From IMG/VR virus record IMGVR_UViG_3300042922_001473: 64,000 nt of DNA; one strand, given 5' to 3'. Source of the stretch: a virus (lineage: Duplodnaviria > Caudoviricetes). The notes under the pieces were generated by a model. It was not told where the DNA came from. It did not search any database and was given only the letters and a program-made list of their open reading frames with translations. The translations under genes were made by a program, and so were the position numbers. Positions 31,133 through 40,682 of the stretch are shown one piece after another; within the stretch, counting starts at the first letter, position 1, and the number at the start of each line of letters is the position of its first letter.

Positions 31133-31227
31133 ACTTCTTTCCTCCTACAACAATTTATTATTTATCTATATTTTTAAGTGAGAACATCTGAATATGTAAG
31201 AAATTCCCCATACTTATTATCTATTTA

Positions 31228-31500
31228 TTACTTTATTAATGCTTTATCTAATATGTCAAAATTAAATAGTTTATCATCTTCAATATTAACAGCATACATT
31301 TTTCCACCACATAATTTTAGCATTGGTCGACCAGTTTTTTTACATTTAAAAAGTTTTGCAGGCATTCTTCTAACAATACCTTCGCCACAATCATATCCGC
31401 CCCCAACATATGTAGTTGTTTCATTTTTATAGAACCCGTAATTCACGTCTGTAACAATATAAATTACATCACCACTTTTATTTTTAAAAATTATATTCAT
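31228..31500 (-). CDS. hypothetical protein
   Basis: AAGGA RBS. Confidence 0.55.
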   Translation of the reverse strand: MNIIFKNKSGDVIYIVTDVNYGFYKNETTTYVGGGYDCGEGIVRRMPAKLFKCKKTGRPMLKLCGGKMYAVNIEDDKLFNFDILDKALIK

Positions 31501-31527
31501 TTAATTATCATCCTTAGCTCTTATTTT

Positions 31528-31869
31528 TCAATCTACATATTCCCAATCACTGTATTTTGATAAATCCAACTTTCCAGTTTCATATATTTCTTTAATCATT
31601 GAATTACATGTATCTTTATCTATATTCGGGAAAACTAATATCTGTTCATCTTTATCCATTATGCATAATCCCTCTGTTAAAGATACTTCTTCACTATTTT
31701 CTGAAAATCTTTCAGTTATGGAACTAAATATTGAAAAACTTTCTTCTTTTTCAATTTCTACTTCTTCACCCTCTGGAAGTTCTTCATATAAATCATTAGT
31801 ATAAGCTATATAATTTATTTCATTTACCAGATAACCGTCTATTTCTGAATCATAATATATTATTCTCAA
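31528..31869 (-). CDS. acidic hypothetical protein
   Basis: GGAGAGG RBS. Confidence 0.6.
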   Translation of the reverse strand: MRIIYYDSEIDGYLVNEINYIAYTNDLYEELPEGEEVEIEKEESFSIFSSITERFSENSEEVSLTEGLCIMDKDEQILVFPNIDKDTCNSMIKEIYETGKLDLSKYSDWEYVD

Positions 31870-32078
31870 CTAAAATCCTCCTCCGTTTTGTTATTTATAC
31901 AAATATTCTGTTCTTACTTCTGTTTTTCCACAATCATTGCATATATAGGTTATTTTAGCTATTTTAGTATTTATATCTTTTACTTTAATATCTTTTTCTT
32001 GTACTGCCATAATTGAAACATTATCGCTATTGCAATCGCATATTATTTTCATATTTTCAACACCTTATTTTTCGTATT

Positions 32079-32576
32079 TTATTTTTTCAATGGATAAACT
32101 TTTTCCATTACTTCTTCATACCAATTAAGAACAGATTGTACTTCGTCTTTAGTTATATCATTGGTAAGTAATGACACTGCAGTTAACCCGTAAGAATAAC
32201 TATCGTCGCCAAATCTTGAAGTTTCGTCTATGCCCTCTATTATTAAGGCAAGTTTTTCATTAAAAATCAAAATATCTAACGTATCACAGTCTTGTGGATG
32301 AACAAACTCATTAAAGGGTTGTAGCGTGTAAAATATTTCTTCACATTCAATTATTGCTTCATTTAATTCATCAGCAAGCTTTGAAGCTTTCCCTGGACTT
32401 TCTACTTTTAATTTATATTTTGTATTTTGAAAAACTTCTAACACCATTTTTGTTATATTGTCATTTATCCCACTAATTGGACTAAATGGTGCATTTTTTT
32501 CTACATTTATTAATCTATTATATCTCTTGACATCTACCCAAAAGCTATGTCTGTTTTGCAAGTATTTTATTTTCAT
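32079..32576 (-). CDS. hypothetical protein
   Basis: AAGGAG RBS. Confidence 0.65.
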   Translation of the reverse strand: MKIKYLQNRHSFWVDVKRYNRLINVEKNAPFSPISGINDNITKMVLEVFQNTKYKLKVESPGKASKLADELNEAIIECEEIFYTLQPFNEFVHPQDCDTLDILIFNEKLALIIEGIDETSRFGDDSYSYGLTAVSLLTNDITKDEVQSVLNWYEEVMEKVYPLKK

Positions 32577-32603
32577 TAATTCTCCTTTATTTTGTTTATT
32601 TTA

Positions 32604-32819
32604 CTATTGTAATGTAATTATTGGCATATTATCAATGCTATCTACGAACATGTTAGCTTTTTTAAGAAAACTCTCTTTACACTCAATTCTATAAAGTGAA
32701 GTGAGTGGTGCAGGATACCTTTTGTAATTTACATTATTGTTATTACAGAGTTCTTCAAAATACTTTTCTTTACCATCTTTAATCCTAACTTTAAATTTAG
32801 AATTTTTCATATACAGCAA
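32604..32819 (-). CDS. hypothetical protein
   Basis: AAGGAGG RBS. Confidence 0.6.
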   Translation of the reverse strand: MLYMKNSKFKVRIKDGKEKYFEELCNNNNVNYKRYPAPLTSLYRIECKESFLKKANMFVDSIDNMPIITLQ

Positions 32820-32837
32820 AATCCTCCTTAATAAATT

Positions 32838-33198
32838 AGGTGTTCGACATTAATTGTGGTATAATCATCCAGAAAGGAGTTGCTCTTTAATGCTTCTCCT
32901 TTTTAATCAGTTTCATATTCATGTAAATTACAAACATTGTTTTTACTTATTCCACTATTATAAAATTCGCTTAATGGGTTTTGACAATTACAATTTTCTG
33001 TGTCTATAACCATATTATTAACCGATATTAATGTTATATTATTACCATTAACTATTCCAGTACCATTCCATACTTTTATATCAATTTTTGATTTGCAACT
33101 ATTACACTTTCTCATTTTCTATCTCCAATAACCACATTTAAATTAAAATCTTATTCTTTATCAAAATCATTCAATACCACAACTAATATCGCTAACTC
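32838..33198. mobile_element. ISL3-derived mini-element E2 (361 bp) with passenger gene
   Basis: left end AGGTGTTCGACATTAATTGTGGTAT, right end (reverse complement) GAGTTAGCGATATTAGTTGTGGTAT; 8-bp TSD AATAAATT at 32830-32837 and 33199-33206. Confidence 0.8.
32903..33115 (-). CDS. Cys-rich passenger protein of E2
   Basis: 70 aa, CNSC...CNC...C; RBS and ATG lie in the conserved right-end block. Confidence 0.55.
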   Translation of the reverse strand: MRKCNSCKSKIDIKVWNGTGIVNGNNITLISVNNMVIDTENCNCQNPLSEFYNSGISKNNVCNLHEYETD

Positions 33199-33261
33199 AA
33201 TAAATTAAAAGCAATCCATACGGTTTATTTCTTAACTATATAGCTTTTAAACAATTAACCA

Positions 33262-33564
33262 TTATTGCTCTTTATTACATTTCTCACAACAAATAGAATT
33301 GTCTTTGATAATGTACTTATCATCTTCTGAAATATAATTACTACATTTACTACACTCAAATATCCAACCATTATCAAGCTGTGCCTGAATTAACTTAGAA
33401 GGTTCATTTTCTAAGTTATCAGCATACTTTGCTCTTTTAATACGAATATCAATATATTTAGTACATTCCATAGCTTCACTTTTATATATAGCATCAATTC
33501 TTCTATCTGCGAATACAATCTCTTGCATATCGCCTTCATTATCTTGAACATGCCATGCTTTCAT
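33262..33564 (-). CDS. hypothetical phage-type zinc-ribbon protein
   Basis: GW.FECSKC...CCEKC; AGGAGG RBS. Confidence 0.65.
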   Translation of the reverse strand: MKAWHVQDNEGDMQEIVFADRRIDAIYKSEAMECTKYIDIRIKRAKYADNLENEPSKLIQAQLDNGWIFECSKCSNYISEDDKYIIKDNSICCEKCNKEQ

Positions 33565-33580
33565 TTAACACCCCTCCTAT

Positions 33581-34348
33581 TTACAGACTTAAAGCTTTAA
33601 GAATTACATTATTCATGTAATCTAATGATATTAATTTATCATCGTCTAACCACTTAACATAACTGTATTCAATATTTTTATGTTCTGACATAAAATCTAA
33701 TAATGCCTTTTTACAAGCCATATGGTCTTCTTTAGAGTAATGTTTATCACTATCTTCTGAAGCAACTTCAAATTTTATATAACATAAAAGTAATTCACCA
33801 AAATCTTTTTCATTCATATACTTATCATCAGCAACCCATTTTTTATTAAATACACCAAAAGTCTTTTCTGTAAGTTCATTTAGTTCAGATTCTTTAGATT
33901 TAAATTCTTCTCTATAATTTTTAAGTGTTTCATTAAATCCTTTAGGTAATAATTCTTTTTTCCCATTTTCATACTTTTTAAATGTATTATTAAAATCGTT
34001 CGAAATGCGTTTAAAATCTCCTAAATTATTAATGCTTATTTCAGTACCATAATAATTTACTACTGAATCGCCAATGTCAGCTTTTTTTAATTTATAATAC
34101 TTTTTAATTTCTTTAAACTTTCCGTCTTTTATTATAAATACATCTTTATTTCCTCTATAATCAAACACACAAAAATTCTCTGGATATTTGTAGTAAAGAG
34201 TTTTTAAAGGAAGTCTATCATTTGTTCCAAAACTAAGAAGACTACCTCCACTATGCACTGTTACAATTTCACCAAAGAAATCTTTATCAAAAATAGGACT
34301 ATAGAATATTTTCACTTGTTCTCCACCAAGATAATCATACATTCCCAT
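33581..34348 (-). CDS. hypothetical protein
   Basis: 255 aa MGMYD..., AAGGAG RBS. Confidence 0.7.
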   Translation of the reverse strand: MGMYDYLGGEQVKIFYSPIFDKDFFGEIVTVHSGGSLLSFGTNDRLPLKTLYYKYPENFCVFDYRGNKDVFIIKDGKFKEIKKYYKLKKADIGDSVVNYYGTEISINNLGDFKRISNDFNNTFKKYENGKKELLPKGFNETLKNYREEFKSKESELNELTEKTFGVFNKKWVADDKYMNEKDFGELLLCYIKFEVASEDSDKHYSKEDHMACKKALLDFMSEHKNIEYSYVKWLDDDKLISLDYMNNVILKALSL

Positions 34349-34386
34349 TAAACATCACTCCTTTTTGCTTTTTTATACCTTAAGTT

Positions 34387-34635
34387 TCATTTAGTAAAAT
34401 CATATCCAAACGAAATATTGAAAATTTCATTGTTATATAAAATATCTTTTATTAATAATCCTACATTTTTTAAAAAATTTAGATTTTCGAATTGAAGTGT
34501 ATAATTATCATGCCATATATCATATATGTTAGATTCTTCGTTATACACATAACCAAAATTCACTTCTTGATATTTATTTTTTAGCTTAGATATAAATATT
34601 TCTATATATTCTTGTTGCTTTAATTTATCTGGCAT
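34387..34635 (-). CDS. hypothetical protein
   Basis: AAGGA RBS, promoter upstream. Confidence 0.55.
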   Translation of the reverse strand: MPDKLKQQEYIEIFISKLKNKYQEVNFGYVYNEESNIYDIWHDNYTLQFENLNFLKNVGLLIKDILYNNEIFNISFGYDFTK

Positions 34636-34796
34636 TTAATTATCCTTTTAATTATATTTATAATTGTTTATTTCCTTTAATCATTATATCACAATAATAT
34701 AATTTTGTAAATTATTTTTTCTTTTATAGCACAAAAATAACCCCTTATATATAAATAAGAGGCTATTTTGTAAATATGCAAACTAATAAGAAATCA

Positions 34797-35024
34797 TTAA
34801 TTTTCCAATTTATCTTTTTCATTATTTTCAAATTTTATTAATTCATTATGAGTGCAATACCCTGCACAAGCAGGACACATTTGTTTTCTATACATAGCTT
34901 TTTCATATTCATTACATGATTCTAAACCCCACAAATCTATTTTCACTAATACTTTATCAGCAAAAGTGTTAATGGATAACCAACTAAATTCATTATTACA
35001 TTTTTGACATTTCTCTTTAATCAT
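34797..35024 (-). CDS. small zinc-ribbon protein
   Basis: CQKC...CPAC. Confidence 0.55.
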   Translation of the reverse strand: MIKEKCQKCNNEFSWLSINTFADKVLVKIDLWGLESCNEYEKAMYRKQMCPACAGYCTHNELIKFENNEKDKLEN

Positions 35025-35272
35025 ACTACTTTGCTCCCTTCAATAAAAATTCTACAATTTATTATACATAAAACATTTTCATATATAACTTTTATTGTAT
35101 TAGAAGCATTATTACTAAGCTAATGTCTCAATTATATTCCCATCTTTATCTTTTACAACTATTGTTGGCAATTATAAGTTTCGGATATTCGACATTACCT
35201 GTGGTTTTCTTCATACCACTTCACCTTTTTTTCATTAATTTGCATTCGACTTTAATTGTGGTATAACCATCC

Positions 35273-35437
35273 TTGAATAATAAAACTACAACTGTTAAAT
35301 CATATTTGCGAACTTTGGCTTTGGACAAGGATGTCTGTACATGCGTTGCAATGGATATTGCAAGTGCTTACGCAAGTGCTGTTAAAGCTATCTTACCTAA
35401 TGCAACAATTGTTATTGATAAGTTTCATGTTATTTAA
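35273..35437 (+). pseudogene. ISL3 family transposase internal fragment
   Basis: translates to ...VKSYLRTL...VAMDIASAYASAVKAILPNATIVIDKFHVI*, the ISL3 DDE signature. Confidence 0.85.
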
Positions 35438-35718
35438 TTAATAGGACTGTTGACAGTGTTCATATTTAAATACGGTTCAGGTAATGTTTGCCATGCTGTT
35501 ACATACCTGTTATAATCTTCTGCTCCATATTTCCAGCCAAATATTTCTGAAAAGAATATTGTTCTTGTCTGAGGTTCATAATCTGCAATTTTAATTGTAC
35601 ATATAAAGCTTCTGTAATTTGGATGTTCTACATCAAACTTTTTACACTCTTCTTCACTTGGCAATCTTTCTTCAACAGGAATCCAACTACCATTTAATTT
35701 TTTTTTAATATCACTCAT
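35434..35718 (-). CDS. DUF551 family protein (E3 passenger)
   Basis: WIPVEERLP...VTAWQTLPEPY. Confidence 0.8.
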   Translation of the reverse strand: MSDIKKKLNGSWIPVEERLPSEEECKKFDVEHPNYRSFICTIKIADYEPQTRTIFFSEIFGWKYGAEDYNRYVTAWQTLPEPYLNMNTVNSPIN

Positions 35719-36009
35719 TTTCTACCTCCAATACCACAATTTTAATTTAAATTTTATTATTTATAAAAACCATTCGATACCAAACATAATGTCGCTAACC
35801 CTAAGTTTCCTGCTCAACTATATATTCTCCACTCATAATCTTTTCATAAATATTTTCTAATATTTAAAAATTTACAACCCCAATTCCATCGTAATCATTC
35901 AATTCGCCCAGTGTAACATAATATACCTTTTCACCAGTAAATTTAAGTATTTCTTCTTTAGCTATTTTCTATTAAAATTATAATATATATTTCCCATATC
36001 AATATCCAC

Positions 36010-36762
36010 TTAACTTATTAGCTTTTGATTATAACAATTTTCTAAATCAGTATATGGGATATTGAATTCTATTCTTAAGGAAAACCCATTATAGTCATTC
36101 TTTCTTCCTGAAAATTTATAAATTACTGCATTAGGAAAATCGGACAACAAAAGTTCTTGAAATCTTTTTTTATTATTATCAGTATCTAATAGTTCAGATT
36201 TAAATTGAGCATTATGAATATCCCAACCATCATCTGTCTTTTGTTTTGTTCCATTATTATTTTTAAATACTTTAAAAATTTCTTTATCAGCTAAATGTGC
36301 TTCCTTTTCCATGCTCATATCAGAAGATAAATCTGCAATTATTCCATATGCTGAATAAGATACGGAAGCATAATGCCATCCTTCACTTTCATACCACGCT
36401 CTTAAAATATTTTCATATCTATTTATTGCCCCAGTAACTGCTTCTGGAGAGACTCCTTTTCCAAGCAAATCAATTAATCTTCGTATTTCTATGTTCTTTT
36501 CACGTATTTCAACATGTCTTTTTTCCTTTTCATTTAAAAGAATAGAATCATATCCTACCATTTTTGACAAATCTGAATGAAAGCCCTCATTTAATCCAAG
36601 ATTTGTCCATACATTAGTTTTATTTACAATGTCCCCTTCAACTAAATCTCTAAAAAAGAACATATTTGACAACATTTCATTTATTTTCTTTATAACCTTT
36701 TTCTTATCTTCAAAAGATAATGAAAGAAGCGTATCATCTCTAAATATTTCTAATTTACTCAT
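36010..36762 (-). CDS. hypothetical protein
   Basis: AGGAG RBS, 250 aa. Confidence 0.7.
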   Translation of the reverse strand: MSKLEIFRDDTLLSLSFEDKKKVIKKINEMLSNMFFFRDLVEGDIVNKTNVWTNLGLNEGFHSDLSKMVGYDSILLNEKEKRHVEIREKNIEIRRLIDLLGKGVSPEAVTGAINRYENILRAWYESEGWHYASVSYSAYGIIADLSSDMSMEKEAHLADKEIFKVFKNNNGTKQKTDDGWDIHNAQFKSELLDTDNNKKRFQELLLSDFPNAVIYKFSGRKNDYNGFSLRIEFNIPYTDLENCYNQKLIS

Positions 36763-36918
36763 ACTATTCACTCCTAATTCTATAATCTATGGTCAACAAC
36801 TTCATTTGTCATACATAAAATAGCAAGTCATGCCACGTTTAAAACCTTTCGCCATTTGTTAAAGCGTTTTAAAGCCTCTAAGCAATGAAGTAATTCGCTA
36901 TAATGTAATGACTTTTTT
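36760..36918 (-). repeat. decayed duplicate of the pnkp 3' end plus downstream RBS/ATG (other copy 37614..37778)
   Basis: long identical stretch ctataatctatggtcaacaacttcatttgtcatacataaaatag, plus substitutions and a roughly 7-bp deletion. Confidence 0.9.
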
Positions 36919-36929
36919 GTTTAAAATCA

Positions 36930-37616
36930 TTAATTTGTTCCTTCATTTTCAACACTTGTTTGACAACTAATTAATGTTGCCTGAATAGAGTCTATAACAC
37001 TACAAATCGAATATTTAAGAAGAAAGTATAAATTACTATATTCAGGATATTTGTCTTTTGCTTTTCTGATAAGTGGTAAAATATATTCGTAAGTTTCATC
37101 AATATATGATTGTAATTTCTCATTACTAAATACACCTGCCATTGAAGATACGTTATGACATCTATCAATACATTTTACTATAATTACTCTCTTATCATCT
37201 AACATTGAATTATAGTATCGTTTTTTTGCTTCTTCTTTTGTTTCTCCATCTAAAACTTCAAATGTAAGTTTTTTAACCCCAAGTTTAATATCATCATTAA
37301 CAGGAAAGTCACTTATAGGCGTATTGCAATCCTCTGCCACATCATGAAGCATAATCATTGCAATTATTGAGTCATCTTTTATGCCCATTGATACAGCATA
37401 AGATGCCATAGTTAATGGATGTATAAAATATGGTGTTCCATCTTTTCTTTTTTGGTCTTTATGCTTATCTCTTGCATATGAAAGAGCTTTTAAAGTTTCT
37501 GTCATACCTGCACCCATTGCAAAACCTTTATTATAAGTATAAAGTTTATAAACATCAAATAATTTATTTCCCATATGTTCCAATTCTACTCTTTTTTTAA
37601 TTGCATTTGTTGTCAT
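36930..37616 (-). CDS. RelA/SpoT-type HD hydrolase (Mesh1 / small alarmone hydrolase-like)
   Basis: H..QKRKDGTPYFIHP, LHDVAED, KCIDRCHN. Confidence 0.85.
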   Translation of the reverse strand: MTTNAIKKRVELEHMGNKLFDVYKLYTYNKGFAMGAGMTETLKALSYARDKHKDQKRKDGTPYFIHPLTMASYAVSMGIKDDSIIAMIMLHDVAEDCNTPISDFPVNDDIKLGVKKLTFEVLDGETKEEAKKRYYNSMLDDKRVIIVKCIDRCHNVSSMAGVFSNEKLQSYIDETYEYILPLIRKAKDKYPEYSNLYFLLKYSICSVIDSIQATLISCQTSVENEGTN

Positions 37617-37633
37617 ATTATTCACTCCTCACT

Positions 37634-38872
37634 CTATAATCTATGGTCAACAACTTCATTTGTCATACATAAAATAGTAAGTATATACTCATGCCACGTT
37701 TGAAAATCTTCACCATTTGAAAATCGTTTTAAAGCCTCTACGCCAAGAAGCAATTCCCTATAATGTAATGACCTTTTTCTGCTTAAGCTTCTATTTTTTA
37801 ATTTTGCTATTACTGTAGGGTTGTCATAGTTAATTCCATATATAATCCTTAAATAATCCTTACCCCTTACTTTCATCATAGGAAGGATTAATTCACCCTG
37901 GTCATTATGTTCGAGAAAATATTCTGTCTTTAATATAAATCCCTCATACCCTTTAGAAGTTAATTCATCCCAAAATTTTATTGAATTACTTATGCTTTCT
38001 TCTTTGGTAAGGTCTATAAGCACATATGGTGTTTTAATAAATAAGTTATCTTCATTTTCAGCAAACATATTAAAGTGATTTAAGTGCCATTCATGCTCTT
38101 TGTCAAAAAATGTTTTTCCTTCATGTGCTAATAAATGAAAAGGTGCAATTTTTATATTTTCAATATTTGTATCCCAGCAATAGTTCTCTAATTGTTGTTT
38201 ATATTTATTTATGTTTGTAAGATTATTTTCTACTTCTTTAAGCATTTCTTCTTTAATTATAGGAGTATCTTTTAAGTTTTCATATAATTTAGTGTTTAAA
38301 GCTAATGCACTATCAAGTACAGGTAGATATTGATTAAAAAGTAATCCTTCACCTTTAGCATTCCATGGAAGAATTTCAGCGTCTATTATTACAAACCCAG
38401 TATCAAACCTATTAAAATAATCAATACTATTTAAAATAGCTTTAATCCTTAATGATATAGTTTCATTTTCTTTTTCATTGAAGAATTTCTTGCCTGTTCT
38501 TGAATAGATAATTACTTCTTCTTGTTGGTTAGTAAACTCTATTGCTTTTTCTTTATCTTTAAAAACAATAATAGTGCTTCTGCTTCCCATATGTTTTAAT
38601 TCAGCAATTAATCTTTTAGCTCCAAGAGATTTATATTCTTCAATTGCCTCTATAGGATGTTCAAGAAAATCTATATTTTTAGAAGTTCTGCATGGGCTAA
38701 TTGTTGGTGGAATATATGGTAATACATTCGTAGGCATTAACCTAAAACTTATTTCATCAAGTGCTGATTGCACATTTTTAGGGTGTATATTTATTTCTCT
38801 ATTATCAACTGCTATGTTAAACCCATTTATATATTTAGCTATATCAACAGCTTTAAATCTATTATTTAACAT
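37634..38872 (-). CDS. bacterial Pnkp C-terminal RNA ligase (adenylyltransferase) domain only
   Basis: YIPPTISP, EHP, KHMGSR, DAEILPWNAK, APFHLLA, EGFILK, KVRGKDYLRIIYG; no kinase or phosphatase domains. Confidence 0.9.
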   Translation of the reverse strand: MLNNRFKAVDIAKYINGFNIAVDNREINIHPKNVQSALDEISFRLMPTNVLPYIPPTISPCRTSKNIDFLEHPIEAIEEYKSLGAKRLIAELKHMGSRSTIIVFKDKEKAIEFTNQQEEVIIYSRTGKKFFNEKENETISLRIKAILNSIDYFNRFDTGFVIIDAEILPWNAKGEGLLFNQYLPVLDSALALNTKLYENLKDTPIIKEEMLKEVENNLTNINKYKQQLENYCWDTNIENIKIAPFHLLAHEGKTFFDKEHEWHLNHFNMFAENEDNLFIKTPYVLIDLTKEESISNSIKFWDELTSKGYEGFILKTEYFLEHNDQGELILPMMKVRGKDYLRIIYGINYDNPTVIAKLKNRSLSRKRSLHYRELLLGVEALKRFSNGEDFQTWHEYILTILCMTNEVVDHRL

Positions 38873-38898
38873 TATTTATCCTCCAAATACCTGATATT

Positions 38899-40443
38899 TT
38901 ATATATTTAACTTTGTAAATACTGCCATCATAGTCGGTTGTATATCATCAATAACCTTTCCGAAAGAAGAAACCTTATAGTCATATCCATAAGTTTTACT
39001 AATATTTTCACAGAAACTCATGAATTCATTTTTAGTAAATTCAAATCTATGGTCATAATGTCTTAACCTATTAGAACTATTAAAGAATTTGTTAAATTCT
39101 ATATTTGGTGTTGAAATTATTAAGTTCTTTGGTTCAAGATACATTACATTGTCAATAATTCCTGGTATTCTTTCAAGTTCATTATGCTCAATTACTTCAC
39201 AAAGAACTATTGTATCAAATCCCTTTAATCTTGAATCTCTATAATACAGAGAGCTTTGCAATAGTGTTATGTTGTTAAATTTATTACCCCTAAATCTATT
39301 CTTAGCTTTATAGATTATATCAGCATTAGAATCAACACCTGTAATTTCTAAATTTTCATATACTAATTTATCAATCAAATTTCCTTCGCCACAACCAAAA
39401 TCCAGAACTTTTTTGCATTTTGTTTCTAAAATTGCTTCTTTTACCTTAATTAATCTTAAAGTATTTAACTTTAATCCATTTTCTCCATATCCTTTATCTA
39501 CAACTTCTTCTATTTCTATCTCGTTATTAATTTGATTTATTTGTTTATTTTTCTCCTCTATTTCATTTAATAGCTCTGTTGCATAAGTAGAATATGACAA
39601 ATATCTTTGAGTAATTACTTTTCTCATTGAATGAGTATCAAGCCAGCCTTCAGTATATCTTTTAAATTTTTCTAAATCCTGTTTTTCTGGTTTAAAATGC
39701 CTGAAATTATCTATTGCGGTAATAGTTACAATGAGTTCTCTTAATATATCTCTCACCTTTCCTGTTTTCTCTAATTTGATAAAACAAATTTCTTTTCTTC
39801 TTGAAGTAAAAGAAACAGGTTCATTAAATTCTTCTATCGCAACTTTATACCCAAGTTCTTCATACATCTTTATTATATTTTCATTAGTTAGTTTTGGTTT
39901 AAATGGTCCTACTTCTAATTGAATATCATACTCATTTTCATAGATGTCGCCTTCTTTATTCAATGAAGTGTTTAATACATTCATTATTTCTTTTTGAAAT
40001 ACCGAAGTAGCAAGATACTCTTTTTCGTTTACATATCCATTGAAATCTTTAGCAAATGCTAATGTATCTGGTAATGAGTACAAAACTGCCTCAACCTCAG
40101 TTTCAGTATATTTTTTATAAAAGAAAAATGTATCAATTATCTCTCCTACTTTTTTTCTTATTAATTCACCATTTGACGTGATATATTTTACCTGCGTGTT
40201 CTCATTTATTACTTCAAGTTTTTCATTAATAACTCTATCTTTTTTTAATAATTTAATTAAATCCTTTGATAATGTCTTTATATTTAATGAGACCTCTCCA
40301 TTTTTTAATAAGTCTTTTATTTTATAATCTACATCTACAGCTACAGCTCTTTCACTATTCACAAATACTTTGTTAGGATTTTTACCATATACGTAACTTA
40401 ATAAATTCGCATTATTACCCTTTGCGTTTATCTTTAAAAACAT
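38899..40443 (-). CDS. hen1: Hen1 RNA 3'-terminal 2'-O-methyltransferase
   Basis: N-terminal LSY...KNP, YVNEKEY; C-terminal VLDFGCGEG, EVIEH, STPN.EFN, RHYDHRFEFT. Confidence 0.9.
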   Translation of the reverse strand: MFLKINAKGNNANLLSYVYGKNPNKVFVNSERAVAVDVDYKIKDLLKNGEVSLNIKTLSKDLIKLLKKDRVINEKLEVINENTQVKYITSNGELIRKKVGEIIDTFFFYKKYTETEVEAVLYSLPDTLAFAKDFNGYVNEKEYLATSVFQKEIMNVLNTSLNKEGDIYENEYDIQLEVGPFKPKLTNENIIKMYEELGYKVAIEEFNEPVSFTSRRKEICFIKLEKTGKVRDILRELIVTITAIDNFRHFKPEKQDLEKFKRYTEGWLDTHSMRKVITQRYLSYSTYATELLNEIEEKNKQINQINNEIEIEEVVDKGYGENGLKLNTLRLIKVKEAILETKCKKVLDFGCGEGNLIDKLVYENLEITGVDSNADIIYKAKNRFRGNKFNNITLLQSSLYYRDSRLKGFDTIVLCEVIEHNELERIPGIIDNVMYLEPKNLIISTPNIEFNKFFNSSNRLRHYDHRFEFTKNEFMSFCENISKTYGYDYKVSSFGKVIDDIQPTMMAVFTKLNI

Positions 40444-40480
40444 AATTTCCTCCTGTTTATTGTCATTATAATAATCTTTG

Positions 40481-40494
40481 TTGACTTTAGTCTG
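40481..40494. promoter_or_regulatory. palindromic operator upstream of hen1
   Basis: TTGACTTTAGTCTG, with TATAAT downstream on the minus strand. Confidence 0.55.
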
Positions 40495-40682
40495 TTTCGA
40501 TATTATAATAATTTTATAGACTATTAAAATTTATGTAACTTCTATTAATTCCATTATATCATAATTATTTCTTTTTGTCAATTTTACTTTACATTAGAGT
40601 AATATAAATATCTGATAATTACATATAATATATAAATTTATATATTAGGTTCATAACAAATGACAATTAGAAGGAGTATTTT

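Larger units (their letters stand above)
35183..35801. mobile_element. ISL3-derived mini-element E3 (619 bp) with transposase remnant and DUF551 passenger
   Basis: left end GGATATTCGACATTACCTGTGGTTT, right end (reverse complement) GGGTTAGCGACATTATGTTTGGTAT; perfect 8-bp TSD TAAGTTTC at 35175-35182 and 35802-35809. Confidence 0.9.

Noticed and set aside
33174-33198. Integron attC site (GTTAG on the minus strand)
   Set aside because: Better explained as an ISL3 right end: paired left ends, 8-bp TSDs and a transposase remnant; no attC hairpin or integrase.
35810-36000. Intact gene at the E3 insertion site
   Set aside because: The minus-strand frame has stops and frameshifts even after removing E3; at most a decayed pseudogene.
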